DNA of 64,000 nt from Camelus ferus (GCF_009834535.1 NC_045696.1:14386001-14450000); one strand, 5' to 3'; positions 26,183 through 39,002 are shown, counted from the stretch's first letter. Program-made: numbers and translations. The notes: generated by a model not told the origin, from the sequence alone.

Positions 26183-26674
26183 TTAGCAAGTTCTTCGGCA
26201 GCTGGACACGCAAGATTGCTGGTACGTCCTGGAGACCCCGCAGGCTGGCTGGCAGATGGTGGAGACTCCTCCCACTGGCCGGCAGACAGTGGAGACGCTT
26301 CTCACTGGTTGGCACACAGTAGAGATGCCGCCCAGGGGCCGACAGCCACTGGAGACAAAGGAGAGCGGCCGGCTGTAGGCAGTTGAGCAGGGATTAGAGA
26401 CACAGTTGGTTTGTCGAGAGCAGGTCACCTGGACAGGGCTGGAAACACAAGAAGTTTGCTGGTAACACGTTGGCTGGCAAACAGTGGGCTCACAGCAGAT
26501 CTCCTGACAGTGGTCCAGGAGCCAGGAGCCAGTTTGGAAGGAGCTGGGCAAATGGATGCCACTCAGGCAGTCAGCATCCTGGGTAGAAGCTGTGACAACA
26601 GGGGTCACGGGGACAGTGTATTGTCCCCCAATCAGCCTGGAAGAGCAATTCCTTGTGGAGCAGTTGTAGGACAT
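26183..26674 (-). CDS. KRTAP11-1: Keratin-associated protein 11-1 (high-sulfur KAP, PMG family), single exon, 163 aa
   Basis: MSYNCSTRNCSSR start, LPSSFQTGSWLLDHCQE motif, four C(Q/R)Pxxx(I/V)Sxx decapeptides, and YQQSCVSSCRRTC terminus; intact ORF, Kozak-like CAACATG, TATA and poly(A) signals in the expected positions. Confidence 0.98.
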   Translation of the reverse strand: MSYNCSTRNCSSRLIGGQYTVPVTPVVTASTQDADCLSGIHLPSSFQTGSWLLDHCQEICCEPTVCQPTCYQQTSCVSSPVQVTCSRQTNCVSNPCSTAYSRPLSFVSSGCRPLGGISTVCQPVRSVSTVCRPVGGVSTICQPACGVSRTYQQSCVSSCRRTC

Positions 26675-26750
26675 GTTGCCAGACAGACAGATGTGGGTAA
26701 CTCGCTGAAGCTAGCTCCTGGATTGCGAATGCCACCTCAGGCTCCTGAGT

Positions 26751-26790
26751 CTTTATATACCCTTGCTGGTGGGTGGGGCTCCCACCCTGG
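26751..26790 (-). promoter_or_regulatory. KRTAP11-1 core promoter: TATATAAAG (26751-26759) with adjacent CACCC boxes
   Basis: Minus strand reads GGGTGGGAGCCCCACCCACCAGCAAGGGTATATAAAG, ~80 nt upstream of the ATG. Confidence 0.85.
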
Positions 26791-26799
26791 TCCTCCTGG

Positions 26800-26920
26800 C
26801 TTCTTTGGCTCAGACCAGCTTGCCTTAGAACATCTTGTGACTCTCCAGGTTAATTGCCTCTTGAGAAGACTTCAACCTCATAAAGGAAGTTTAGTAGTTT
26901 GGTAACTAAATCATAAGGCT
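26800..26920 (-). promoter_or_regulatory. Proximal promoter motifs: CTTTG (LEF/TCF core), TAATTG (DLX-type), TTTATGAG (HOXC13-type, 26877-26884)
   Basis: Motif matches only; these factors are established regulators of hair keratin and KRTAP genes. Confidence 0.5.
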
Positions 26921-28699
26921 TCCATACTGTACTTAGTCCCAGGATGAAGAAGGTTGGTTGACAGCTTCAAAGCTATTGGTCATCAGAGCCCACAATTCAT
27001 CTCTCATTCATCTTGCTTGGATACAATGAGTGTCAATCTGACAGTAACGTCAAACATGCCCCCTTCCTACCATCTCTCCCTTCTGACCAGGACTAATTAC
27101 ACACCCACACCCTGTGTGGGTTTTGTCGGTACTTAGTATGTTTTAGGTGTAACTTAATCAATCACTCTTCCATATCTAACGGGGCTTCTAATGGACAAGG
27201 AACTTCCTTCAACATGCTTCAAGATGACAATGACAACACCTGTCAGGGAAAAGGGCACAAAGACATATCCAGAGTACAGTCTGGCTTAGAAAAATCAATC
27301 AGGTGATCGGAGCAAGATTCTCCCAGGAATGTCAAAGGGCAGTGGGACTCACCCTTTATGTTCAAGCAGCAAAGTGAATCGGAAGCTGATTAGGTGGGAC
27401 GGCACTTGTAGCCAAGTCTCTTTCTAAATAAACTGAATGAGCTTTATTCTTAAAATTTTTAATCTGGGAACAGTGGATAAGAATGACTCATCAATATGCC
27501 AGTGGAACAGGCTTAGTTAATTTTTAAAATTATTATAATGCTAATTTGAAAGGGTACAGTGCCTTTCTCCCAAGATGCTCAGTATATTCAAAAGACTTCT
27601 ATTTTCACACAAATACTTATAGAGAGGATGCACTTTTATCATAGACAAACCAAGGCCCGTCTACGTCACTGTCTCCATCAAGGATAAGGGGAGGAGAGGG
27701 TGGGAGGAAACAGGCCCTTAACCAATATTTCACAATGAATGGATGTGTAAACAGGGTGCTGTAAAATTTAATTATTCTTTTTATTCTCGGGGAAACCATA
27801 GAAGGATATCATTCTCCTTTTCTTCATCTCACTACGATATAGTCAATTCTGAACACCAGAATGGCGAATCCTTTCGATCCTCCCGTACACAACCATTTCA
27901 ATTGCAGCAAAATAATTCACTTCAACAAAGCTTGAGTGGTCGGTGATATTTCTACATCAAAACAGCTATAAGATCTGACTCATCTCATAAACTAGCTTAC
28001 GCGGGGGTTAAAAATAAATAGACAAAAATGGATTTCCGTATATTTGAGGGCTACAGTAGACTACATTTTAAACATCCACAAAGCAAACAGCTTGATGTTG
28101 GAACTCAGCAGAGGTCCTTTTGTAAAATGCTTCATTCATCTCTATTCATTCCATTGAAGCCATGTTGGGAGCTCCCCACGGCTCTAATTGGAGGCTAATA
28201 ACATGCCCCACAAGATGACGCTGTGCTGTGGGCAGTATTGAGATTCCCAGGGATCAGACCGCCTCTCCCTCGGTGACTCGCAGCGTGTTCTCAGGTATGG
28301 AGAAAAATTAACGAGATGACTACTTTCCGCAATGTTGTGACTCTGCACTTCCCACCGTGGGGAATGTCCCAGCTGGTGTTTGAAGGGCAGAGTCCCTGGT
28401 CCCCAGGGCTGGCTTGCTTGTTTGAAAATGAATGAGCAGTTTACAGGCTTCCAGGAGCCATGGATTCATAGGCTGCTGTGAAGAAGGACCTCAGCATGTG
28501 AATGACAAGTGACCAAAGTGAAAGGGCGAAGTCAGTAGCAGTGACCTGGGAGGAGCTTTCAGTGCCCACTGCCGTATTTCTGGAATAGCAGAGATTTTTA
28601 TAGATCATTATTCTGCCTTGATTCCTCTTTTCCACTGAAATTTAAAAGTTACAAACAAAAAATTCTAGAAAATGTCTTTCATCTGCTTCGAAAGGAAAG

Positions 28700-28900
28700 A
28701 AAGTGAACATTCGTTGAGCCTCTTCCAGGCTTTGAGTTAGAGGCTTTACATACACCATCACAACTGAATGCTTCCAGCAACCCTCTGGACTAGGTATCAT
28801 GTCACATGAAGAAACTGAAGTTCAGCGAGTCTGAATGGCTAGCCAAGGTCATGCAGCTTATATTTGAGTAAACTGAGATGCAAATAAAACTGTCATGAGC
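28700..28900 (-). mobile_element. MIR SINE
   Basis: AACATTCGTTGAGC...CAGCAACCCT...ATGAAGAAACTGAAGTTCAGCGAG...GCCAAGGTCATGCAGCT. Confidence 0.8.
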
Positions 28901-31239
28901 TGTCGACCTGCGCTGGGAATATTTAAACATGGTGAGATGCCCTCATTAAAGTTCAAGCAAAAATTTATTTAAAAAAAAAATCAATCAATCAATGTTCCAT
29001 TGATGACACTGCAAAGACAGCAGTCTTTATTTCTATTCCAGCTCCATCAAGTAACAACAATAAAAATAAATGAAAGTTTAAAATAGGAAGTTACAAGGGC
29101 CGCTGCCTTTACACTTCATGTGCTTTTTCATCCCATATTCCTTTGACAATTTTTACTTCACTAGAATAAAATGCAAGGTCCCTACAACAAAGCAGGAAGA
29201 GACAGAGAGCCTTCAACAGCTTGGAGCTACAATTTGAAATTAAAATTACTTACAATGGCGACGCACACAGTTAATTCTTAGCAAACAACAGAGAAGTGGA
29301 TTGATTTTTCAGATCTGGGTGGCAAGACCTTTCTGAGAAAAAACAGGATTCACAAACTTTGAACTCACTTTAAGATGAGATTTTGTAGTTTTCTTCCAGC
29401 CACGAACTAAGCAAAATCAATAGATTCTCTGAGCAATTAAATCTAAGGAATCTACTCAACAGAGTGCTTTCTGTTTAGCACCTGCAAAATGGCTGGCTTT
29501 CTGGGAAACAGAAAAGACTGGTGTCTTAAACTATCCAATGTAGAGTTAGGAAAGCTGCTTAATACTCTTGGACATTCCATACTTAAGAGCAAACACCTAG
29601 ACTCTTCATTTGGATCGACTGTAAGATGCAAAAGTAAATAATCACTCACTGACAGCCATGTGAAGCTTGAAGAAACTCTACACAATCCTAAGTCTCTTAT
29701 GTGGTTAAATGAAATCAATAAATCATCCTTTCATTGGAATGTGAGGAAAAATTACACTGCCAGCGGCTATCAGGACGTAGATATCTGTGATAGGAGACTT
29801 CAACTCAGCGAAAAGGTGTGTGAAGATTATTCTCGTGTCTGCAGGGCGTGAAGTGAGAGGTGGGAGTGATGAGGACAGACAAGGAGAGATTAGAGAAGTA
29901 CTGAGCATTATCTCCATCCTTTGATGGGTAATTGGCCCTAGTTTCTATAGAACAATCTGAGACTTATGCAATAATTACCGCAGACTGGAAATGAGCAGTT
30001 CATTCACTCGAAACTGAATCACAGAAATCACTTACAAGGCCAAGTGTTTGAGAGTAAAAGGAATTAAGCGTGCGTGGGAGGCCGAAGGTTTGAGATGCGG
30101 GAAGGATACTTTTTGTCACCAAGTTGGTAATAATTGTTGACCAACGCCGGTTCAAAAAAAAAATCACTTCGTCTCATCCAATGCAGGAAGAGCGAACTCC
30201 CTGAAAAATTAATAAACATCAAATGAGATTTTTGTCATTCTGCCCTTTTTCAGGATGCTCAGACTCTCAAATGGAAGCTATTCATTATCTCTCAAAAAAT
30301 AGAAAAAGGGAATTCAAACACATAAGTACAGAACATAACGGCTGCTTTAAAAATTAAATATATCTTGGCTGAATTGTTCTGCCGTCTTTTTCCCCACACA
30401 GACCTCTGGGCTGAATCTCCAGAATCCTTATTAACCAAGACACGATAAACCCCCAATGGCGGAGTGATTTGCCCCACAAAACCGAACTGAAATTCATTTT
30501 CCAAGCTCTTTTCCAAAAGCATCCATCATAAGGAGGTTCGACTCTTTGGGGCTAGAGGGCACTACAGGGCAGAAAGCAGAAGGGAAAAGAAGCAACAAAG
30601 ACCAGCAAAATGGTTGCTACTTTCAGGACTTGATACAGCGATCACCAGCTACAGGACCTGTAGGAAAAGAAACCCCCCGAGGAGAATGTCAAGATGGAAA
30701 AATCCTCATCTGAACCACCATTCTCTTTTTCCTGGTGCCTGTTTTCAAATTCACATATTTTTTCATGGGAACCTTAATTGAGGATCCAAATTAGCGTGCT
30801 GTCAATAAAGGTGAGCAGAATCCCAAGTTTTGGAAACACCACAAACTCTCCCGCAGGACATCCCAGGTGTGGCTGGCATGTGCTCCGGTCTTTCAAGTAA
30901 TTAGACTTGAACCCACTTGTGAGCAGACATGAGTAACGTTTATGTACGGGGCCTGAGAGAGAAGGCCCCAAGTCACTCAAGATGTATGACCCTTCCTTGA
31001 TTCAGAATTATTCAGGGCTTACTTGGTACCCAGCAGGGTAAGGATGCTGGGAGCTGTGTAGGAGACGGGAAGTCTTGTCTTCGCATCACCTAGCTGATCT
31101 GTGCTTGTGCCCTTTCAGAACACAAGCCTTCTTGGTCTGGCCCGCCTCTCTGGGGGGTTCGGAGTGGAGCATTAGACCGGCACTATCTCAGGTTAGTGAT
31201 TAGACTGTCAGAACTGGATCTTAAAGTCCTTAAACCGAA

Positions 31240-31310
31240 TTCTCTCATCTGACTGATGAGAAACTGAATCTCAGAGAGGGAGCGTCTTTGCCAAGTGTAT
31301 CAGACATGCT
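31240..31310 (-). mobile_element. MIR core fragment
   Basis: CTGACTGATGAGAAACTGAATCTCAGAGAGGGAGCGTCTTTGCCAAG. Confidence 0.6.
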
Positions 31311-31967
31311 TGTGCACTAGTTCACAATTGCCTCATCCTGTCTCTTACTGCCTCCTCTTTGCACAGGCTTACGCCAGCTTCATGGTGGGGCATCCAGACA
31401 CTGCTTCCTTCATTTGGGGGCCAGTCACCTTCCTTCTTACTTCCTGTTCTAGGTTTTCTCTGACGCCACAGCAAGGGACATCCACAATAACTGACTCTGC
31501 TTTCCTATATTCACTGCCCAGAAATGGGGCCTCGCTTGAGCAATGGGAAGTGCAAAGCCATGAATGAGTGCTTCCCGCTTTGGTAGAAACAATTTCACAA
31601 AGTCCTGTGGAACCGTGCACGAGGTGCTTGTGATGGAGGCTGACTCAGTTAAGCCTCTGGGGTGGCCTTCCCCTCTTCCCCTCTCCTTCATGTCACTTCT
31701 CCTTTGTTGCCTTCCCTGAAATAAAATTCCCAAACTGTCAGGAGTTCTGCTTTTAGTGAACTCCGAGTAAGACACCAGATTCCAAACACTTTCCATTTGA
31801 AAGAGTTAAGGAAAGTAGTCCTTCGAACCCCTTGTTCAAATCCTCCAAGGTACATACATGCCTCTATCCATACAAGCCAAAGAAATGTCTTGTACACAAA
31901 CTGAGCATCAAACAAGGAATATTTGCATTTTTAAAGCAATTTCTGAAATGACCAAATAAGACAGTCC

Positions 31968-32667
31968 TTAAACACAGCTAGAATGCAAGCAGATTTTTAA
32001 ATTTCTTCCAAATAATGTCAATCATGCTGGTTTGGTTCCTCTACCTAGGCTAGTCCTAAGAGTTGATACCCCAAACACTAAAAGACTGAAAGATCTCACT
32101 GTCAATTTGATGTCACAGTTGTTTTCCAACATGAAGGATATTTTTTTCAACATGAGATGTACGCTAACTACGCGATGGGAGATAATTTTAGGCAGTAAGT
32201 GGTCAAAAACTTTTTAGTTTTAGTAGTCATGAATCTATTTTTAAATGTATTAATAAAATATGTCTAGGTTATACAAGCCATAATTTATGGGCATTGTTAC
32301 ATAGGATGAAGCTTAAGCAAGTTTTTTTTTGGTTTAAAAAGGGAATTAATATAAATAAAAGTATTAGTTGAATAATGAATTTAACACGAAAGTATGGCAA
32401 AAAGTATCAGGATAAAAATCATGGCAATGGTTTAATAAATATTTAAGTGGTTTATGGTTTAATAAGTTGGTTTAATAGATACCTAAATAATACATTTTTT
32501 GAAGTATAGTCAGTTACAATGTGTCAACTTCTGGTGTCCCATCTTTCAACCTTTTAGTGTTTGGGGCATCAACTCTTAGGACTAGCCTAGGTAAAGGAAA
32601 CAAATCAGCGTGACTAACATTACTTGGAAAAAATTTAAAAATCTGCTTACATTCTAGCTGTGTTTAA
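31968..32667. repeat. 127-bp inverted repeat (arms 31968-32094 and 32541-32667)
   Basis: Manual alignment: 115/127 identical, no gaps, 446-bp spacer. Confidence 0.95.
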
Positions 32668-32722
32668 TGTCCCAGCCATTTTTATATATACATATATTCA
32701 TTTGCGTATTCTTCTTCATAAG
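32494..32722 (-). mobile_element. L1 3' tail interrupted by the inverted 127-bp copy
   Basis: TTTTTTGAAGTATAGTCAGTTACAATGTGTCAACTTCTGGTGT-[insert]-AATGTCCCAGCCAT...CATATTCATTTGCGTATTCTTCTTCAT; flanking direct repeat TAATAAATATTTAA(A)GTGGTTTA at 32433-32454 and 32723-32745. Confidence 0.8.
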
Positions 32723-32859
32723 TAATAAATATTTAAAGTGGTTTAGTAAATATTTTTTAAAGTTTAACTCATTTTAATTCAGAGAAAGTCACCATTTAAC
32801 AACACCCCACTCACACATACGTATATAATCCAAAAGCCCCATTCCATCTTCTCCCCATC

Positions 32860-33345
32860 AATTACTTGTTACTTTGTAATAAATTACCCTAAAATTTAGC
32901 AGACAAAACAACCATTTATTATGCCCATGGGTTCTGTGGTTCAGGAATCTGGACAAAGAACATCACGACTGGTTTCTCTCTGCTGCAGGCTGCACGGAGG
33001 GGCGGGGGAACCTGGGGGCTGTGGTGCCTCAAGTATCATTTGTCCATGTGTCTGTCAGTGGAGACCTGCTATCAGTCGGGATACCTATGCCTGGCCCCCT
33101 CACATGCACAGGGCTTCTCCAACATAGGGGCTGGTTCCAAGAGTGAGATCCCCAAAAGGGAGAATTAGGCAGAAGCCTTATTGCTTTTCCTGACCTAGGC
33201 TCCAGAATCACTCATCATCACTGTGGCCATACTCTGTTTCAAGGTATCACAAAGGCCCACGTCTGAAGGAAGGTGAAGTAAAGTATATTTTACTTCTTGG
33301 TGAAGCAGTGGCAAAATTCTAGGTGAGAATGTAGGAGTGAAAATA
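32860..33345 (-). mobile_element. MaLR solo LTR (MLT1F/H-like)
   Basis: GTAATAAATTACCCTAAAATTTAGC...AAAACAACCATTTATTATGCCCATGGGTTCTGTGGTTCAGGAATCTGG...GGCTGGTTCCAAGAGTGAG. Confidence 0.8.
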
Positions 33346-34680
33346 TAATATGAACATGAGATTAAAATTATTGTGTTCCCTGAGTTGCCAGGATACCAGA
33401 ACCAGAAATCCCTAACATGGACTTAGAGGACCCTCAGAGAAAAATCTAAATTTCAAGTCTTATATTATTAGAAATATTCAAAGTAGGCAGACAGCTCATT
33501 ATCCCCTGTGAATCCTCTGTGAAGGGGCTTCTTACAAGAATTAGTACCAATGTGATGATCTCAACAGCTCCCTCAAAACTCTCCAATCTGATAAGACTCT
33601 GACTTGGGGTACCATCAACTTACCTGCAGGTCTGTGCCCCAAATGCAATGCATCTGGCTAAAGATAATTCCCAGTACTTTTAAGTAGCCTCAGCCTCTCA
33701 GTAGTAATCTTTTCCTCTGATTTTATTTCGCATTAAACACTATGAAACTCCACAATCTATGGGCAACATATGAGTTCTACAACAGAGGGAATAGTGAGAC
33801 ATATGGGAGCCCCAGGAGGTACTGGAAACTGAGAACTCTACCAGTCTCAGCCAGCCCTTTAAAGACTATGCAGTCTTATATTTTAGATGGAATTTTTTTT
33901 TTTTGCTATTTGTTGTGGATTGAAAATTCTGAAGGTGTAATTAATAGTGGAAGGATATCCAATAACAGTAGTAATGCTGAGAAGGGTGAATTGTTTCCAA
34001 CTGCTAGACTGCCTTCTACCTTCTGCCTCAACTTTACATTCTAAGAGTTGGCTTCTTCTGGGTGTCTCTTTATTTAGGGTCAGGGTGAATCTGAACACAA
34101 ACATCTTTTGTGTTTTAAGATGATGTGTCTTTCCCTGCAGACAACTTAGCCAAGGTCAGGAAGGTCACAGCTTTAGGCAAAGGGCCAGTCTTCTTAGAAG
34201 AATCACAGAACATTTCTTAGTCTGTGCCTTTCTGACCATGGTTATTTTTGATATTGAACTATGAGGTGACCCTAAAGCCAGAAATTGCTTTTGCTGAGTA
34301 ACAAAAGAACTAAAGGTTGATAACATGACCCTACAAGAAAAAACTCAACTGGGCCTGATACTGAATTTCATCTTTCACTTCATCCCTTAACTTCAGTCTC
34401 CTTTTTCCCCTCATTATACCAACAGAGCCACCAAATTCTTTTTCTTTGCCCAGAAATCCATCGTGAGAGCCATAATAAAAAAATCACTTTTGGTTCTGAA
34501 GCTTTCAGATTTAGATATTATTATAAGAGAGGTACCAAAAAACCGAAGTGTTTCAAAAAAAAGAAATAGAAAATGAGCACCAAAGGGAAAAACAACAACA
34601 ACAAAAAGCTAGGAAGAGCTAAAAAGAATGATTAATATGCAATTTGAGGGATGAAATTATGTTATATGTAATTTATGAAT

Positions 34681-34983
34681 AAAAACTCATAGACATAGAA
34701 TACAAACTTGTGGTTGCCAAGGGAGGAGGGTGGGAAGGGACAGACTGGGAGTTCAAAATTTGTAGATACTGACAGGCATATGCAGAATAGATAAACAAGA
34801 TTATACTGTATAGCACAGGGAAATGTATACAAGATCTTGTGGTAGCTCACAGCAAAAAAAAAATGTGACATTGAATATATGTATGTTCATGTATAACTGA
34901 AAAATTGTGCTCTACACTGGAATTTGACACAACATTGTAAAATGACTCTAAGTCAATTAAAAAAAAGTTAAAAAAAAAAAAAG
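34681..34983 (+). mobile_element. Young lineage-specific L1 3' end with poly(A)
   Basis: GACATAGAATACAAACTTGTGGTTGCCAAGGG...GTGCTCTACACTGGAATTTGACACAACATTGTAAAATGACT...A-tail; same subfamily as the reverse copy at 55040-55523. Confidence 0.9.
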
Positions 34984-34997
34984 AATAGTAGTAGTCC

Positions 34998-35212
34998 GAA
35001 ATAGGTAAATAACAAGGACCTACTGTATTGCACAGGGAATTATAGTCAATATCTTATAATAACCTATAATGGAAAAGGATACATACATACATACATACAT
35101 ACATACATACATACATGCATACAACTGAATCACTTTGCTGTATGTTTGAAATTAACATAACATTGTAAACTAACTATACTTCAATTTTTTTAATACTTTA
35201 AAAATAAATAAA
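34998..35212 (+). mobile_element. Older L1 3' end with (TACA)n at ~35079-35116
   Basis: AACAAGGACCTACTGTATTGCACAGGGAATTATAGTCAATATC...ACTGAATCACTTTGCTGTA...CTATACTTCAAT. Confidence 0.85.
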
Positions 35213-37969
35213 GATGGGTCTTATATGTAATGCATGTAAATATAAATTTGTGCTATACGATTTTTAGATGGCATGGAATAAGCTGAATACTGCACTGGGA
35301 AAAAAAAAGAAGAATTGTAGTCCTGAATTTAGTGCCATCCCAGAATCTGGAGCTATAAATCAGAAGATGGGCATGGTAATAGAAGCTAATGAGAATCAAT
35401 CTGAAATGAAAGAGATAAAAATGAATGAAATATGCATACATCATCAGAAATAATCAACTTTTGAAAAGATGGCTTCTAAATGGATTTTTTTCCCAGACTA
35501 GATTGTCTTCTACATCTCAATACCCAGGCAAATGATAATTATCATTAGAGAACCTGCAGTCCCATTAATGGAAGCATGTCAAGGGTAATGTCATCTTTGC
35601 AGAAGGGCAGAGGCCTGCAGGGTATCTGATGAGCCAAGCAGATGTTCTCACTGTCCACTGGGCAAATGCATCTCCTTCACACATAATGAATATGTCATTA
35701 AGATTATCCAGCTCTCGAACTAGACTCTTCAAGTAGAATTCTGATATCAATTTGGTTTCCCAGTTGGCCTAGCCTACTAGAAATACAATTCACTAAGTAA
35801 GTATCCAGCACAAATAAGCTAATTGGATTTCAATGTGAATTAAATGTCCACTCTTGTTTATACATCAGTCTCTTTAGAGTTCGGCTAACTTAACTCGGTT
35901 CTCCAGAGCCACCAACCCAAGTAAACTAACAAAATCAAAAGGCTCAACAGGCAAAACCAAGAGGTAGAGCCTGGTCCTCTGGCAGCTCTAATCGAAGTGC
36001 AGACCCCAGGCCCAATCTGGATAACTGATCTACCTCACTCAATGATTGAATCATTTCTCAGGCAGCAGATAGAGGTACACATGTCATTAACAGACCATTT
36101 CTAACATTACTTAGTGAAGTTCTGCTTCTTCAAGTACTTTTAGCAAATAGGATTCTTTCTTAAGTGGAATGTTTTAAGAGTAGCAGAAGTTGGACTGACT
36201 GAATGACCTCTGTGTAAAGCAGCTTCCAACTTTTTAATTGTTCACTGTTGCATACTTAGATATTACACTCAATCGATTGAAATTATTTTTTGCATCTCCC
36301 ACTGTACTTCCTACTGTTGCATAGTTTAAATGTCTTCCTCTGTAGTAACTGAAGTCATGTATCAGGAGCCACCAAAAATTGCCCTAGTCGTAGTCTTGCA
36401 ATCTTCCATTTACACCTACTTCAGTGCTAGATTCAAAAGTCAGTTTGCCTAAAAAATCTTATGCCTCAGTGAGCTGCCAGGAAAAAACATACTGCAATTT
36501 CAGATTCATTTCAGCCAAGACACCATTTAAATAATTCATTAGAACAATTAATGCTCATTGCAAAACAGTTCTTCAAATAGATCTCCATTTACCTTGCTCA
36601 TTTATTTATTAATTCCCCACCTTTATTAATGCATCACATTCAAGATGCATGTCAAAATTTCCAGGAGCCCCCACCCAGCCACCCACCCACTTTCCCACTG
36701 ACTCATTGCCTAACGAGAGGCTGCTCATTGAAACTCCCCCAGCCTGATCATCTGTAAAACAGTGTTAATGGGATCTGCTCCCACCCCAGGCAGCTGCAAG
36801 AACTGAGTTATGGTTTGCAGAATGCTTTGTGATTCACACATAATAGGCTCTACAAGGAGGCAGGCTGTCATTGAGCCTTACAAGCAGTTTTTATCCCAGT
36901 TATTTTAAAGCAAGGAGAGATGACTATCCTAAGCTTCCAAAAGGTACTAAAGTAGCGTGATGTTCTGGAGAATTTCCAAAACTCAACGTGGGCGATTGCT
37001 GACTCAAGTTTGCTTCTTGAGGAATGGGAAATGTCATTCACAGCTAAGTGCAGGGAGGGGCCAAACAGGGAGAGACATAAAGGAAATTCTTGGCTCTGGG
37101 ATCTGGGAATAAGAGAGTTTGCCACTTTCAAATGACCCACTGGGATCTGGCCCAATAGAATTACAGACGAAAAATCCTCCTGGTCTTCAGCCACCTGCCC
37201 AAATTTAACGTTGATTTTACACTTCCTAAAGTTGCAGCAATGATCTTCATGTCTTAGGGGTAAGTAAATTAAGAGTTAATCCTATTAGGTTTGTTCTTAT
37301 GTTAGAGGGTATTAAAACTGAAAAACTAAATTCTAAATTGTACAAAGTGATGATGAAGTATCTATGCTGTACTTTTAATTTCCTACAAACATCTTAGAAG
37401 ACTCTAGAGAAAGACATTATTCATAGCTCATAAAGTTACAATGTTTGACACCAACTATTAATTTTATTTAGCTGCATTGGACTTATTTTCACCTTTAAAT
37501 TATAACTACACAGGGAAGAGTAAATTTTTTCCTGTTATCATTTGGTGGATTTCCATATTAAAAAGCCTTCTGGGCACTCTTGGCACTGAAAATATCATAA
37601 TAATAATTTAAATGATTAACATTCACCCCCTTCCAATTAAGAGAGTGCCTTAACTGCAATGATCCAGCAGTGAATGTCAATGTCTTGGCTATAATAGGCA
37701 TACTGGGACTACAAGTTAGCAACAAGGAAAGAATGAAAAAAAATTTTTTATAACCACGGAAATTATTAAAAAAACTTTTAAATCAAGGAAGGGTAACCAG
37801 CACACTCAGGAGAACAACAGAACTACTGGAAAAATGCTGCAAATTCAAGCTTCTCAAAAGTCTTACCAGATTTCCATTACAGAAAACCCAATTATTGAGG
37901 TAATTTATGTAATTTAGATTAAGCAAGCAAAACACATTTATTATGTCAGTTTCCTGTGAAGATTACACA

Positions 37970-38120
37970 TGAAAACTAGGCTCTAGGACTTAACCAGCTA
38001 TGTGACCATGAGCATTCACCTCCCTAAGCCTCTATCCTTATCTGTAAATGGAAATGATGATAGGACCGGCCATATAGAGTCTGTGTAAGGGGACCCTTAG
38101 ATACTCACTAAATAATTATT
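37970..38120 (+). mobile_element. MIR SINE fragment
   Basis: ACCAGCTATGTGACCATGAGCA...CCTCCCTAAGCCTC...ATCTGTAAATGGAAATGATGATAG. Confidence 0.75.
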
Positions 38121-39002
38121 CCCCATTCCTCTTTCTCTTTTATTTAAGTCAAGGCTTTGTAGGGATCTGATTTTTCCCAAATAAAAATTTACAATTTATT
38201 TAAAATTATAGTCGATTCTTAACCACATATAACTTTTTACCTATATTTAAATAGCATGCAATTAATGAAATACAGAGCCCAAATGACTTGGAATTCTTAC
38301 CAGTTACAGTTCTACACTTGTAGATCATGAGTGGGACTCAAGATTCCAACACAAACCCCTCAGACTCCCTACTAGCTATAATTAAAGTGCTTTGGGACTA
38401 TGATAGTCTTCATAGCTGTAGCCAAGAACAGCTCACCAGGTTGTCACTGGTCACCACGTGACGGGGTAAAGGTGGTCCTTCTAAACTTGAGAATGTAAAG
38501 CTCTGAAAGAGGATTTCTGAAGTGGTAAAAAAAAGTAATTCTTGACTTGGGGATTTTCAAACTCATCCATGCTAATTCCAATGACAGTGAAAAACAAACA
38601 AATGTCCCTAAGAAATATTGGTAGAGACCTTAAAGAAATGTCTTGTTTGCAAAACTGCTTTGATAGGCTCATGGCATTAGAGATGACTATTGTCAGCAGA
38701 TGCCAACGGCAACAGAATGTGGAACTGCTCTGCCACCTGCACCAGAGAAACTGCTGGGGAGGGAAGGGGAAGGTGTAGAGAGAAAGGAGAGAGAAGCCAC
38801 AGAGAGCACAGGTGGGAGAGACAGCAATGAGCCAATCCAGTACTGCAAGGCTGAGGCGTCTCCCTGAACAATACCACAAAAATTCCTCCAAAGGCGGTGG
38901 TGTGAAGTGAGTATCTGTTTTCCCATTTGAAATTGTCAAATGTTGCTATATAAAGCCCTCTACTCACTTCCTCCCTCTGATACCTGTCAATGCTTCATAC
39001 CT

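Noticed and set aside
26411..26905. 164-aa plus-strand ORF, plus overlapping ORFs at 26040-26315 and 26156-26386
   Set aside because: Antisense or alternative-frame shadows of the GC-rich KRTAP11-1 CDS; the longest has no ATG at its listed start and no recognisable domain.
38481..38967. Overlapping minus-strand ORFs with some Cys/Ser, considered as a KRTAP relic
   Set aside because: No CQP/CRP or GYG motifs and no KAP-type start or end; explained by a purine-rich low-complexity stretch.
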